From Schizochytrium sp. TIO01 (taxonomy: Eukaryota > Protista > Bigyra: Labyrinthulomycetes), in assembly GCA_004764695.1 (NCBI GenBank), contig SMSO01000037.1, forward strand, positions 3,076,747-3,140,746: a stretch of DNA of 64,000 nucleotides. The letters run 5' to 3'. The translations under genes were made by a program, and so were the position numbers. The notes below the pieces were generated by a model, which was not told the origin of the DNA, ran no database searches, and saw nothing but the letters and a program-made list of their open reading frames with translations. Positions 1 to 10,822 of the stretch are shown here, one piece after another (position 1 is the stretch's first letter; each line of letters starts with the position of its first letter).

Positions 1-743
1 AATCATAATTTCAATTATTAAAGTTACTGGCGAATAGAGAGGGATTCCTTATTTCTTTTAATTGAAAGAAAAACAGGGAAACTTGTTTCTTACTTTCGAT
101 CAATGCTGCGCTTCAGCTTGAAACCATCGATAATGTAACTTTTCTTATTTTTAATATTACAAATACAATCTCAAGATCGTTACATGAAACTTGTGAAACC
201 TTTTCGAGTTTAACGTCTATAAGGTAGTTTTTATAACGAATCTGGGGAGTGGAATAGCTTGAAAGTAGAATGTCGGCATTTAATAATGGTGCTCGCGACA
301 TACTTCGTAGCCAGCGGTCTTGTAAGCCAGAAAGCTTCTAGCTCTGATGAAGACTGAGCAAAATTGCTTACCACCCACCCAGCTTTCGCTTTAAGCTTCA
401 GCTTTGTTTTGTTTTGTCTTCAAGCGGCAACAGCAGTAGTAAGTACTCTATTATACAAATTTATATTGAATGATTGAATGAAAATATGTGGAATTGAGAA
501 TCGCTGGTCAGGCACGTCATACCTCGAACTGCACTCGCGACGAGGTCCGAGTTGCTGTTCTTTGATCTGCGACGCGGCTAAGGTCGTTTCGGACGGTCGT
601 TGTGCTCTATCTCGGGCACATTCTCGGTGCCGTTGTCTTCTGTCTCCAGTGCTGAAGTCGCTCCTCCAGACATTTTACTGGACGGGGCTGCCGTGGTTTA
701 GCTCATCGTGGGGAGCTCCTGATATCCGAACAGAACAGAAATC

Positions 744-3700
744 ATGAGCGACGTAGAAAACCTTCCCAAACCAGAGTCTGATGTAGACACTAAGATTGCT
801 GAGGATAGCAAGCTTCCCCGTGCGTCTGACACTGCTGATCCCGAGGACATGATGGACGAAGAGGATGGCGACGCCTTTCGCCAATTCGTAGACGTAGACA
901 ATGTTCACGAAAGCAATGCCTCTAAAAATGCTCTCTCTGCAGGACAGACCTTCCAGCGACTTCGCGAAAACGTTGTAGGTGCTTTTAGCCCTGTGGAAAC
1001 CCCTTTTGGCGAGAAACCTCTCATTTATGCCGACTGGACCGCCAGCGGTAGAGCCTTCGCCCCACTAGAAACCTACATTCGCGACAAAGTGTACCCCTTC
1101 TATGCTAATACCCACACTTCTACAAGTATTACTGGACTGCAAAGCACATGCTTTCGAACTGAGTCTCGCCAGATTATTCAGCAAGCCGTTAATGCCAACA
1201 CCCGCAAAGATGTGGTGCTTTTCACTGGCACTGGCGCTACAGGAGCTGTGAACAAGCTGGTCTCGGTATTGGGCCTCGATGTCCCTCTTCGTATGGATCA
1301 GCCGACGCAAGCTCGTCCTGTAGTCTTTGTCGGGCCTTTTGAGCATCACAGCAACCTCCTTCCGTGGCGCGAGTCCAATGCGGAGGTTGTCACTGTTCCA
1401 GAGCGTGAGGATGGCTGTGGAATTGATCGGGTTGCTCTCGAGAAACTCTTAAAGACGTACGTAGATCGACCTCTCTTGGTGGGAGCTTTCTCAGCTGGTT
1501 CGAATGTCACTGGAGTTCTCGAGGACGTCGACCGTATCTCAGCGATCCTGCACCGCCACGGAGCTTTAGCATGCTGGGATTATGCTGCTGCCGGCCCGTA
1601 CGCTCGTATTGACATGAACCCTGTTCTTGCTGGAGAAGACCCCGATCGGCCATTTGCCTATAAGGATGCTGTGTTTCTATCTACACACAAATTTGTGGGT
1701 GGCCTGAACACACCTGGTGTTCTTGTCGCTAAAAAGAAGCTTTTCGGTAATGCGGTGCCTGGCGCAGGGAACGTCGGAGGTGGCACTGTCTACTTTGTGC
1801 GCGAGGATGGACACCGCTATATGTCGAACCGTGTTGAGCGCGAGGAAGGTGGTACTCCGGACGTTGTTGGTGCGATTCGTGCGGGCCTTACCTTCCAGCT
1901 CAAGCAGAATGTTGGTTGGGAGAACATTGAGAAACGTGATTGTGAGCTTGGCAAGCGTATTGGATCGAAGCTCGGATCCCATTCAAACCTTGCTTTGCTC
2001 GGTCCTGAGTGGCAAGAAGAAGCCCGTTTGCCAATCGTGTCTTTCTTGGTTCGCCATGAGTCTCGGTTCTTGCACTACAACTTTGTATCTGCTGTATTGA
2101 ACGACGTCTTTGGCATCCAAACCCGTGGTGGCTGCATGTGTGCTGGCCCGTATGCACAGCGCCTCCTTGGAATGTCGCAGGCTTCCGTTGAGGCTGTGGA
2201 GGAGGAACTCCTCCTCAACCCAAAGCATTCTGAATATCTTCGTCCAGGATTCACCCGCTTCAGCCTATCATATTTTGCTAGCGATGCAGAGGTAGACTAC
2301 ATTCTTGATGCTGTTTGCGCCGTAGCTGATCATGCCTGGAAGCTTCTTCCACTGTACCGTTTCAACACCCGAACTGGCGAATGGAAGCACCGCACTCGCT
2401 TCACCAAATTCCCTGGTCGTCTTTGGCTGGACGATGCTAATTTATTGGGCGAGACCTCTTCTGAAGAGAATATTCCTTCAGAAGGCCAAGCTAGCGCACC
2501 TGACTTCACCAAACTCTTTAGCGAGTGTGTTGAGCAAATGCACGCTGCTGTTGCTGAGGCTGAGAAAGAGACAGTTGCAGATCAAACAAAGCTTTTCACC
2601 CCTGAGGCAGCGGTGCTTCGTTGGTTTGTCATGCCTTCCGAGGTGCACAAGGAACTCAATCAAGAAGCTTCTGCCAACGGAGAATCAGCAGCTACTGGTA
2701 GCTTAATGCCTTCTGCAAAAGATACCTCTTCCCCCGCGCAAGAATCTGTGGTCGGTCCTATTGACCCGTACAAATACTGGGCGCAGATCCGGGAGGGTCT
2801 CCCTGTGCAGCCAGCGTCAACAAGCAAGAGCGATGACGGCTTAACAGATGCGGAACGTGCGCGCAAGCGTGCTCCCGAAATGGAACAAGAGCCGGCCAAG
2901 CGTGCCAAGACTGGCAAGAAAGACTTTATCTGTGAAGACAACTCGTGCTTTCGAATTCGTAAAAGTGACAAGTATCCCTTGCGCACAACGGAGGTTATTC
3001 GCAGCGGTCAAGCGCAGCTGATGGAGCAAAACCCTGGTGAGACTATCAAGGTCGTTGATGAAGCAATTGTGCAGGCTGCTCCGCAAAAGATTTTGCGACC
3101 CAAGATCCCCAAGGGTATCTTGAAGAACGTTGGCAAGGCTTTAGCACAGTGGGACATGATCCAGGATGGCGACCGTCTGCTTCTCGGACTTTCTGGCGGT
3201 AAGGACTCTCTAGCTCTGCTTCATGTTTTGCTCCATGTCCAAGCCAAGGCACCGGTCAAATTTGAGCTCGCCGCTTGTACGATTGACCCAATGACTGAGG
3301 CATTTGACCCAAGTCCTCTCATTCCCTATATGGAGTCTTTGGGTGTCAAGTATCATTACATGAAGGAACCTATTTTTGACAAAGCAAAATCTGGCTCCCT
3401 TCGCGGTACTTCAATCTGCAGTTTCTGTGCTCGGATGAAGCGCGGTGCTCTCTATACATGCGCCCGCGAGCATGGCTACAACAAGCTTGTTCTTGCTCAG
3501 CACTTGGATGATCTGGCAGAGACCTTGATGATGGGTCTCTTCCACAATGGTGTGGCACGGTCTATGATGGCCAACTACGAGGAAAAGAAGGGAGATGTTC
3601 GTGTGATTCGCCCTTTGGCCTACGTTCGTGAACATGAAACCAAGGACTTTTCGTATGCTGCCAAGCTTCCTGTAATCAACGAGAACTGCCCCGCTTGCTT

Positions 3701-3944
3701 CGAGGCTCCGCAGGAGCGCCAGCGTGTGAAACGTTTGCTGGCTAAGGAAGAGGCTACTTGCCCAGCTCTCTTTAACAGCTTGCGTAGAGCCCTTGTGCCT
3801 CTTATGGATGCTGATCTCCTGGAGAAGATGGCTGAGGTCACAAAGGAGCGCCAGCAACTGTCCAGTATTCAACAGCGCCGTATCCGTTCAGCAGTACATA
3901 AAGATCAAAAGGTAAAGCAGGACACACCGCCCGAAGAATCATGA
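744..3944 (+). CDS. Cysteine desulfurase-like class-V PLP enzyme fused to a C-terminal TtcA-type tRNA-cytidine(32) 2-sulfurtransferase (PP-loop) domain, 1066 aa
   Basis: N-terminal domain has YADWTASGR, YANTHT, GPFEHHSN, WDYAAAGPY, the PLP-lysine motif STHKF (~1680), GGTPD and the Cys loop RGGCMCAG (~2124). C-terminal domain has the PP-loop LSGGKDS (~3189-3209), CSFCARMKRG (~3417), QHLDDLAET, IRPLAYVRE and NCPAC (~3684), the diagnostic TtcA motif series. The ORF is single and uninterrupted. Confidence 0.92.
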   Translation: MSDVENLPKPESDVDTKIAEDSKLPRASDTADPEDMMDEEDGDAFRQFVDVDNVHESNASKNALSAGQTFQRLRENVVGAFSPVETPFGEKPLIYADWTASGRAFAPLETYIRDKVYPFYANTHTSTSITGLQSTCFRTESRQIIQQAVNANTRKDVVLFTGTGATGAVNKLVSVLGLDVPLRMDQPTQARPVVFVGPFEHHSNLLPWRESNAEVVTVPEREDGCGIDRVALEKLLKTYVDRPLLVGAFSAGSNVTGVLEDVDRISAILHRHGALACWDYAAAGPYARIDMNPVLAGEDPDRPFAYKDAVFLSTHKFVGGLNTPGVLVAKKKLFGNAVPGAGNVGGGTVYFVREDGHRYMSNRVEREEGGTPDVVGAIRAGLTFQLKQNVGWENIEKRDCELGKRIGSKLGSHSNLALLGPEWQEEARLPIVSFLVRHESRFLHYNFVSAVLNDVFGIQTRGGCMCAGPYAQRLLGMSQASVEAVEEELLLNPKHSEYLRPGFTRFSLSYFASDAEVDYILDAVCAVADHAWKLLPLYRFNTRTGEWKHRTRFTKFPGRLWLDDANLLGETSSEENIPSEGQASAPDFTKLFSECVEQMHAAVAEAEKETVADQTKLFTPEAAVLRWFVMPSEVHKELNQEASANGESAATGSLMPSAKDTSSPAQESVVGPIDPYKYWAQIREGLPVQPASTSKSDDGLTDAERARKRAPEMEQEPAKRAKTGKKDFICEDNSCFRIRKSDKYPLRTTEVIRSGQAQLMEQNPGETIKVVDEAIVQAAPQKILRPKIPKGILKNVGKALAQWDMIQDGDRLLLGLSGGKDSLALLHVLLHVQAKAPVKFELAACTIDPMTEAFDPSPLIPYMESLGVKYHYMKEPIFDKAKSGSLRGTSICSFCARMKRGALYTCAREHGYNKLVLAQHLDDLAETLMMGLFHNGVARSMMANYEEKKGDVRVIRPLAYVREHETKDFSYAAKLPVINENCPACFEAPQERQRVKRLLAKEEATCPALFNSLRRALVPLMDADLLEKMAEVTKERQQLSSIQQRRIRSAVHKDQKVKQDTPPEES

Positions 3945-6900
3945 AAAGGGCTAGGACACATAATATTGCACATGTAATAACACCAAATAATTAAAGAGTG
4001 AAATAAGCGCTAGTTTACATGAACTTCAAATTTACAGTTGACTATCATCTAAGATTGCGTGGGGATTAGAAACAAGTCAGTTTCCATATGTTCTGAAGAA
4101 CTTTACTTGCACTACTCTTGATAATCAGAAATTCAACTATAGGACAATCATTTGCTTGTTTAATTCACTATTAATTTTCCAGGTTTTTAGAGATATCATC
4201 TCAACATATTAAGTAAAACTTTTGACTTGAATATAAAAAATGAGACAAATATTCGATTTGCATGAGAGATTTTCAAAGAGCTGCCTAATAGCCGTTCAAA
4301 GTTGATCAAACCTTGGGCAGACAGATGTCAATGAAATTTCCAATGTGTTGCTTCATTTCAAGAGCAGGGAAGTTTGGAAAGCAAGGCAACTGGACACAGT
4401 GGATATATGACAAGTTCTTGTCGACTAGATTCGTCTTTTCTTTCAATGGTTGAACCTTTTCCATCTCTAAATCTGCAAATAAATACTGAACTTCTCTTCT
4501 CATTATCAGCAGTTCCTCTTTCACAAATTCCATATGGTTCCCTCGCCACGTACCTACAGTCCAAGCTAGATGGACAATTTACTGCAACAATTCAGTTTTT
4601 GGGGCCATGGACTGTGTCTCGCGCATGCCAATGTTAATTTGTCCCAGGATTTGTGCAAACTCTGGACGGATAGCGAACTATCAAAAGCGGCCATTAAAAC
4701 CAGCTGCTCCTTTGCTTTGTCTTTTCCCCACATTGCGCATCGCAATTGTTTCTGCCAACCTAGCTTGCTACGGGTTTACATATTGCACACAAAAATCTCA
4801 AAGACCCGAGGCTCCGTTCCTCTCCGTTGAGAATGGACGCCGACTCCCCGTTGATACTTCCTTGTTCTATGAACTAACGTAACCGGACATTGTACAGGTG
4901 TAGACAACCTGCTGACCGCTAAGGAGGTGTACGTGCGGCACCCACACGAGAGGAAGTCCACACAAAGGCTCCTTTGCTAGGGCGTATAACTTGTTGTCGA
5001 GAATCCAGTATGACAGTTGACACTACTTGGACAATATTTACGGGGGGGAGTCTGGGTTTTTCGAGTGTGAGTCTCTTTTCTGGGCAGTCTTTGCATATGG
5101 GGAAGAAGCTACTAAGTGCAAGCTTTGTCGGCACCGTTTTCACCGTTCCTGGCAAAGATGATCACTTTGATCCTGTTACTGCTATGCTACTTTCTTGTGC
5201 AAAATTGTCTCATCGATGGGACCATTCACCGCCTCGTAGCAACATTTCAACTATGGTCCTTAGTAACATTTTTTGTTTAAATATTAAAAAGGAATAAATA
5301 AAATATTATATTTTAATATATATAGGCCTATACGATTTAGAAATATAATAAAAAATATTCTAAAGCTAAGACATTATTCGTTGCTTTCCCAAGTATGTGA
5401 AATGCGGAGCTCGTGGTCCAAGATTATCCGACTCTGCGCCAGCCTGCCAGCTCCTCTACCAAGGCTCTATTGTGCACTATATGCTGGGCCTTTAGTGATC
5501 ACTCAAGGGAATGAGACATTGGACTACCCCCGTGGCCATTATCATGAGGCATGTGTCATGTGGAGTGAGTATGTGATAGATACTATTGGTTTCAACACCT
5601 GCTGGCCTCTTGAATAATTACATCTTCAATTTTGTTTGTTTGTAGTAGGATGAAGTTGTCTCCCATCATTTACTTCTTTTTTAATGAAAACCAAGTCTGT
5701 CTCGAATCGAAGAATAGCGGTCTCACCTCCTTTCCTTTGGATTGCTAGTGTAATGAGATACCTTATCTGTTTTTGGTGTGCCTTGTTTTGCCTCGGTTCG
5801 CTGAGGAGTATGAAAGCAAAAGAAGAAGAAGAAGAAGAATAAAAGAAGAAGAGGATCCCAGGCCTGTCTATGAAGAAGAAGAAGAAGTAGCTCCTACATA
5901 AGAAGAGTTGAACACGGTTCGTTACTGTGAGCAACTCGGCGTGGGTACCCGTGCTTTTGAGTTTCCAAGCTTAATAAGCGTCGACAAATCAGGTATCCAA
6001 GGTTAGCATTCAGCTCTTCCAAATGCCTATGTAATTGGAAACATCATTTGTGCTCCGCCATGCTACCTACCCCATACCGCTGCTACTAATACTAGCTAGC
6101 TAGGCAGAAGAAAGAAGTCCTGTGTGTTAACAGTCTTTCCGTGGCCCACTGTGGGTACGGCTGCTTAGTAGGCGCTTAGGGACTATTTCTGGCTCAGGAG
6201 CACGGCAGTTGACGTACGCGGTTAGAATCGCTTTCGGGTTTGAGCTGCTCCAAAAGATGCTCCATAAGGACCCCGAAAACTTCCTAATCATCGCGTACCC
6301 TTCGCATGCCGTAAACCACGGAGCAACAGCCATCCCAAGTAAGTTTTCAACCCACCCCGAATCGCTCTTCGCGTTCCCAACACCACTAATCGTTCCGAAA
6401 GTCGGAGCCTCCACCTTGGCAGAGAAAGGCCTCTTTATCGTCTTGGAGCCATGTCATTACACCACTTTCGGATTCCACTGAGCGCTCAGCCATTCGAGGA
6501 CCCTTCTGCGCGGACGTATCCTTCTGCTTCCGCCATCAAACGCCATCGTCAGTCAATCTGAAGATATGGTTTCTGTCACAAGTCAATCCGAATTGGAGGC
6601 ATCATAACAGACACTGACGCACTCACTCATGAGAGCAAAACACAAATAAACAGATAAATAGTTAAAATAATTAATTAGCCGTGGCGCTCACTTCTCTCTC
6701 CCATCGAAAACCTGGAGAACCAAGCGTCATCTCGCAAACGAGTCATCGCCGCCCATCGCAAAGATCGCAATGGACCTGAAGGCTTTTCCGGGAGCATCGC
6801 AAGCTCTCGAGCAGAGTCATCCATGCCTCAGCCAACCAACCATCCAACCCAAATCAACTTGCTGTCTTGGGGCCTGGTCCCCGAGTACCAACCCCAATGA

Positions 6901-6991
6901 ATTCTAATTCTCCGGTGCCTTTTCCCCTTCTTTCTCTTCTTTTAATCTCGAACTTACTATTACAGTACACACCCTGAGCTGGCTTTGAGCG

Positions 6992-7026
6992 CATACATAC
7001 ATACATACATACATACAATACATACA

Positions 7027-7057
<31 letters not shown>

Positions 7058-7387
7058 CATACATACATACATACATACATACATACATACATACATACAT
7101 ACATACATACATACATACATACATACATACATACATACATACATACATACATACATACATACATACATACATACATACATACATACATACATACATACAT
7201 ACATACATACATACATACATACATACATACATACATACATACATACATACATACATACATACATACATACATACATACATACATACATACATACATACAT
7301 ACATACATACATACATACATACATACATACATACATACATACATACATACATACATACATACATACATACATACATACATACATACA
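6992..7387. repeat. (TACA)n microsatellite, ~395 bp
   Basis: Directly visible. It produces the spurious YVCM/YIHT ORFs. Confidence 0.99.
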
Positions 7388-8829
7388 GTGTGATACACAC
7401 CATGAAACCTGGTATTTCTTCGGCGGAGACACGCTCTCCCACCGTCCTGCGGACACCTCTGAAGCGATGGGGACCCGAACCAGCCTCAGGTTCTCCATCT
7501 CTTCACCTGTATTATTTCGATTTCGATTTCGTCTCCCTGGTTCACGGGCCCTTTTTGCCGAATAGTTCCTCATCAACTTACAACATTATAACTTTTTAAT
7601 TTTTTATAATAGATGGAAATAGCCGATGGAAAGCCAGGTTGAAAGAAAGAGACCATGCTGATGATTCCCCTTTTCAATCAATAGCCATGCGATAGGAGAC
7701 CCTAGTCCCGATCCAGTGCAACGGCGAAGAAAGAAAGAAAGAAAGAGAGAAAGAAGGAAAGAAAGAAAAGAAAGACAGAGAGTTTCGCTCTTTTTCGCTC
7801 TTTTTCGCTCTTTTAAGTGACAGAGTTCCTCGTTGCTGCGATAGTAGAAGAGCTCAGGTCCTCGTTTGCAACTCATCTGTAGCTAGCAAGCTGTCGATGC
7901 GGCCTGAGACCGAAGCCGTCCTCAGACATGCTCAGACGGGAGTACGCGATGCAACTCAGAGCCTTCTGAGGTCGGCGTCACCTGTAGAAGCAGAGACCCC
8001 CCTTCTTCAACTCCAATCCGCAGCCAGACATCCAAAACGAGTTCTTCGACAACTTACGGCTAATTTCGCCATATTCTGCCCAGTCATCGAATGAAGGATC
8101 AAATGAACAACCAATGGCCGTCAACTCAACCAGGTCTCGAGGACCAAAACGGCTGAAAACCATAACTTCTCGAGGGGGATCCGCTGGCTCGAACCCTGCC
8201 GGGAGACTCCGTAGGAAAGTTAGAGGCTCAAGTTTCTAAACAGGTATATGTATTTCAAGAAGTGGAGTGAGTTAGCATTATGAGAAAGAAAGAAAGAAAG
8301 AAGAGAAGAGAAAGAGAGAGAGAGTCATAGAAGACTGCAGGTGACTCGGGGGTGTGTCTTTCATGATTTCCTCGTTTTCAAAAGTCCCAAATCAGCATGA
8401 TTGCAATAATCCACTTCCTGCTACACTGGTCCCCGACCAAGTCCGGGGAGGCCACGCTCTGTCTGCCTGAGTGGATTCCATGGGCGTGCTTCTCTTAGTG
8501 AACACCGCCACCTACAACAGTCATATCTAGCTCATTCACTTTAATTAGTTGATTCATGCAATTGGACTTTTGATTGATAGATAGATAGAAAGAAAGACAT
8601 CGCTGCCTTTTCTGTAGTAATGCTCCTTGGCTATTATTTGATACTCTCAGCATAACATAACCGGCAGTTGCGGCAAGTACGCCAACCAGCTCCTGTCTCG
8701 TGACATCGAACTTCGTTACCTTCACGCACCACTCCGACCGATTTGTAAAACTTCAAGCCGCTGCCGACGCCGCTGCCTGCGCGTACCTGCCTGGCAGAGC
8801 TCTTGAAGCAATGCGAGTTAAGCTGAAGT

Positions 8830-8963
8830 GTTTGTTTGTTTGTTTGTTTGTTTGTTTGTTTGTTTGTTTGTTTGTTTGTTTGTTTGTTTGTTTGTTTGTT
8901 TGTTTGTTTGTTTGTTTGTTTGTTTGTTTGTTTGTTTGTTTGCTTGTTTGTTTTATTTGTTTG
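8830..8963. repeat. (TTTG)n microsatellite
   Basis: Directly visible. Confidence 0.98.
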
Positions 8964-10822
8964 TGCGTTGTTCATGTGTGATCTCGGCAAGTGTGAAAGA
9001 CATTTTACAGAAAGCTTTTTTATTACTTTAAAGCAAGCAAACACCATTTTTACCATATTGAGTCGCTTCAGAGATCAAAGGCTTTGGGTGCATAAGCTGC
9101 GGACGTTCCTCACAGACAGACAGACTGGGGCAGAGACCGGAAGCAAGCAGCTTCATAGCTGGTAGTGAGTACGATGCGACCAGATGCTTACGGAAGATGA
9201 ATCAGACTTGGTTTAGAAACAGCATATAATTTATTCGTACTTCTTTTATTAGTATGCTATCTTATAAAGTGTAACACAAATTATAATTAATTATAATTTA
9301 CAAAAACTTTAACTAATTAATTAAAAGTTTCCTATTCACGCTGTACATACCCAAGCTAATGGCTGCACGGAAGTCGATCGACGATATCCTTGAGTGCAGA
9401 AGGCGAAAAGCTGGAGCTGGAGACCAGGCGAGGGACGCGACAGCGGTTGTCTAATTATGCAGGCTGCATGAGTTATTTTAATTTCAATAGATAGATAGTC
9501 CAAGCTTGATTCCAACACGCTTTGTTGTTGTTCGTAGTACCCAGCAGCTGGAACTTCTTTCAGAGTCTATCTTAGAACAGGGACTGGTAGAAGCGCTGAA
9601 AGCCTTTCGGCCGCTATGTTACGACGGTGGTCGGCCTGTACTTCAGGAGCTATCGGCCAACTCTTCAAGTCTTGGGCTCGCACACAGGAACTTTTACAGG
9701 TTTCAGAATGTTCTTTGACATCCCCAGCAGCACAATTTTCTGACTTGGGACAGGAGTTTCAAGTTCTTGTTTCAAGTTATTGATTGATGCTTTCTCTTCA
9801 TTTCCACCGTGTATAAAAGTTACAATAATATTGAAAAACATTTTTAATTATATAACAACCTATGCTACTACTATTACTACTAATACCACCAGTAAGTACA
9901 GTAAGTACAGGAAAGTAAAAAAGAAAGAGAGAAAAGCTCACCTTAACAGCCACATGCCATACTACAAAGTTATGCTTTCTGATTTTCGCACAGGCGAGGG
10001 AAGCAAACCCGAAACTTGAGTCTCGTAGCAAAGCAAGGCATTAAAACAAATCTTGAGGAGATCAGGTCCTAGCAGAACATTCTTCAGTTCTAAACTGGTC
10101 ACCGAAGCTAGAATCCGTACGGATTGTAAGAAACAAAGAACTCGTAAGTATCAAACAGAGCTAAGTCTCGAGTATGCGTGATCATACTCCAAGGGAACTT
10201 TCATAGAGAGTTACAGTACAAGTATCATCAAGCCGTCTCTATAGTAGAAGGAACTGCATAATAGCTTCCTTTACTCGAGATGTCTGTTATCTTCTGAGAG
10301 TATCGGGGTTACACTGATACCACGTCTTTACGCACGCCTCAACTCACCTCACAGACTCCTTTGAGCTCAAATAATCTGAGACGCCTATACAAACGTGTTC
10401 TCAGTATTCTTTGTGCCCCTTCGCGGTTTGAGATCACTAAACACACCATCCTCAAAGACTCGGTGTATTTTAGCGGGTAAAAGCGCTGAAGGAGTGCTAG
10501 GTAATACTATTAGTGCAAAGACTTGAAGTGTTATGCAGCACTTTGAGGGGGAAGCAAGACAAGTACTGGCCACATTTACATTCAACATAAAAAGGCCAAA
10601 TTCATCGTGACACTCGCACATGCTTTGGAATATTGATTACCTTGCTTCATTTTGAGTCTGTCAGAAACTGAAAACTAACGAGCAAGATTTCTATGTCATA
10701 CGATTATTTGTGGGGATAAGCAGACTCATTGCAAGGACGCAGTAGGTAGAAAGATTACAACTTTTGGAGCTAACGAGCTAAATTTGAAGGCAAAGAAGCT
10801 ACAACAAAACTCAATCAAGATC

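Noticed and set aside
113-301. 62-aa minus-strand ORF at the window start
   Set aside because: AT-rich, no recognisable motif, and no support for it being an exon.
6854-7599. ORFs of 123-240 aa with YVCM/YIHT repeats
   Set aside because: Translations of the (TACA)n microsatellite. The same applies to the FVCL/TNKQ, IQFNS and FFLS ORFs at ~8.8, 15.8, 25.1 and 50.8 kb.
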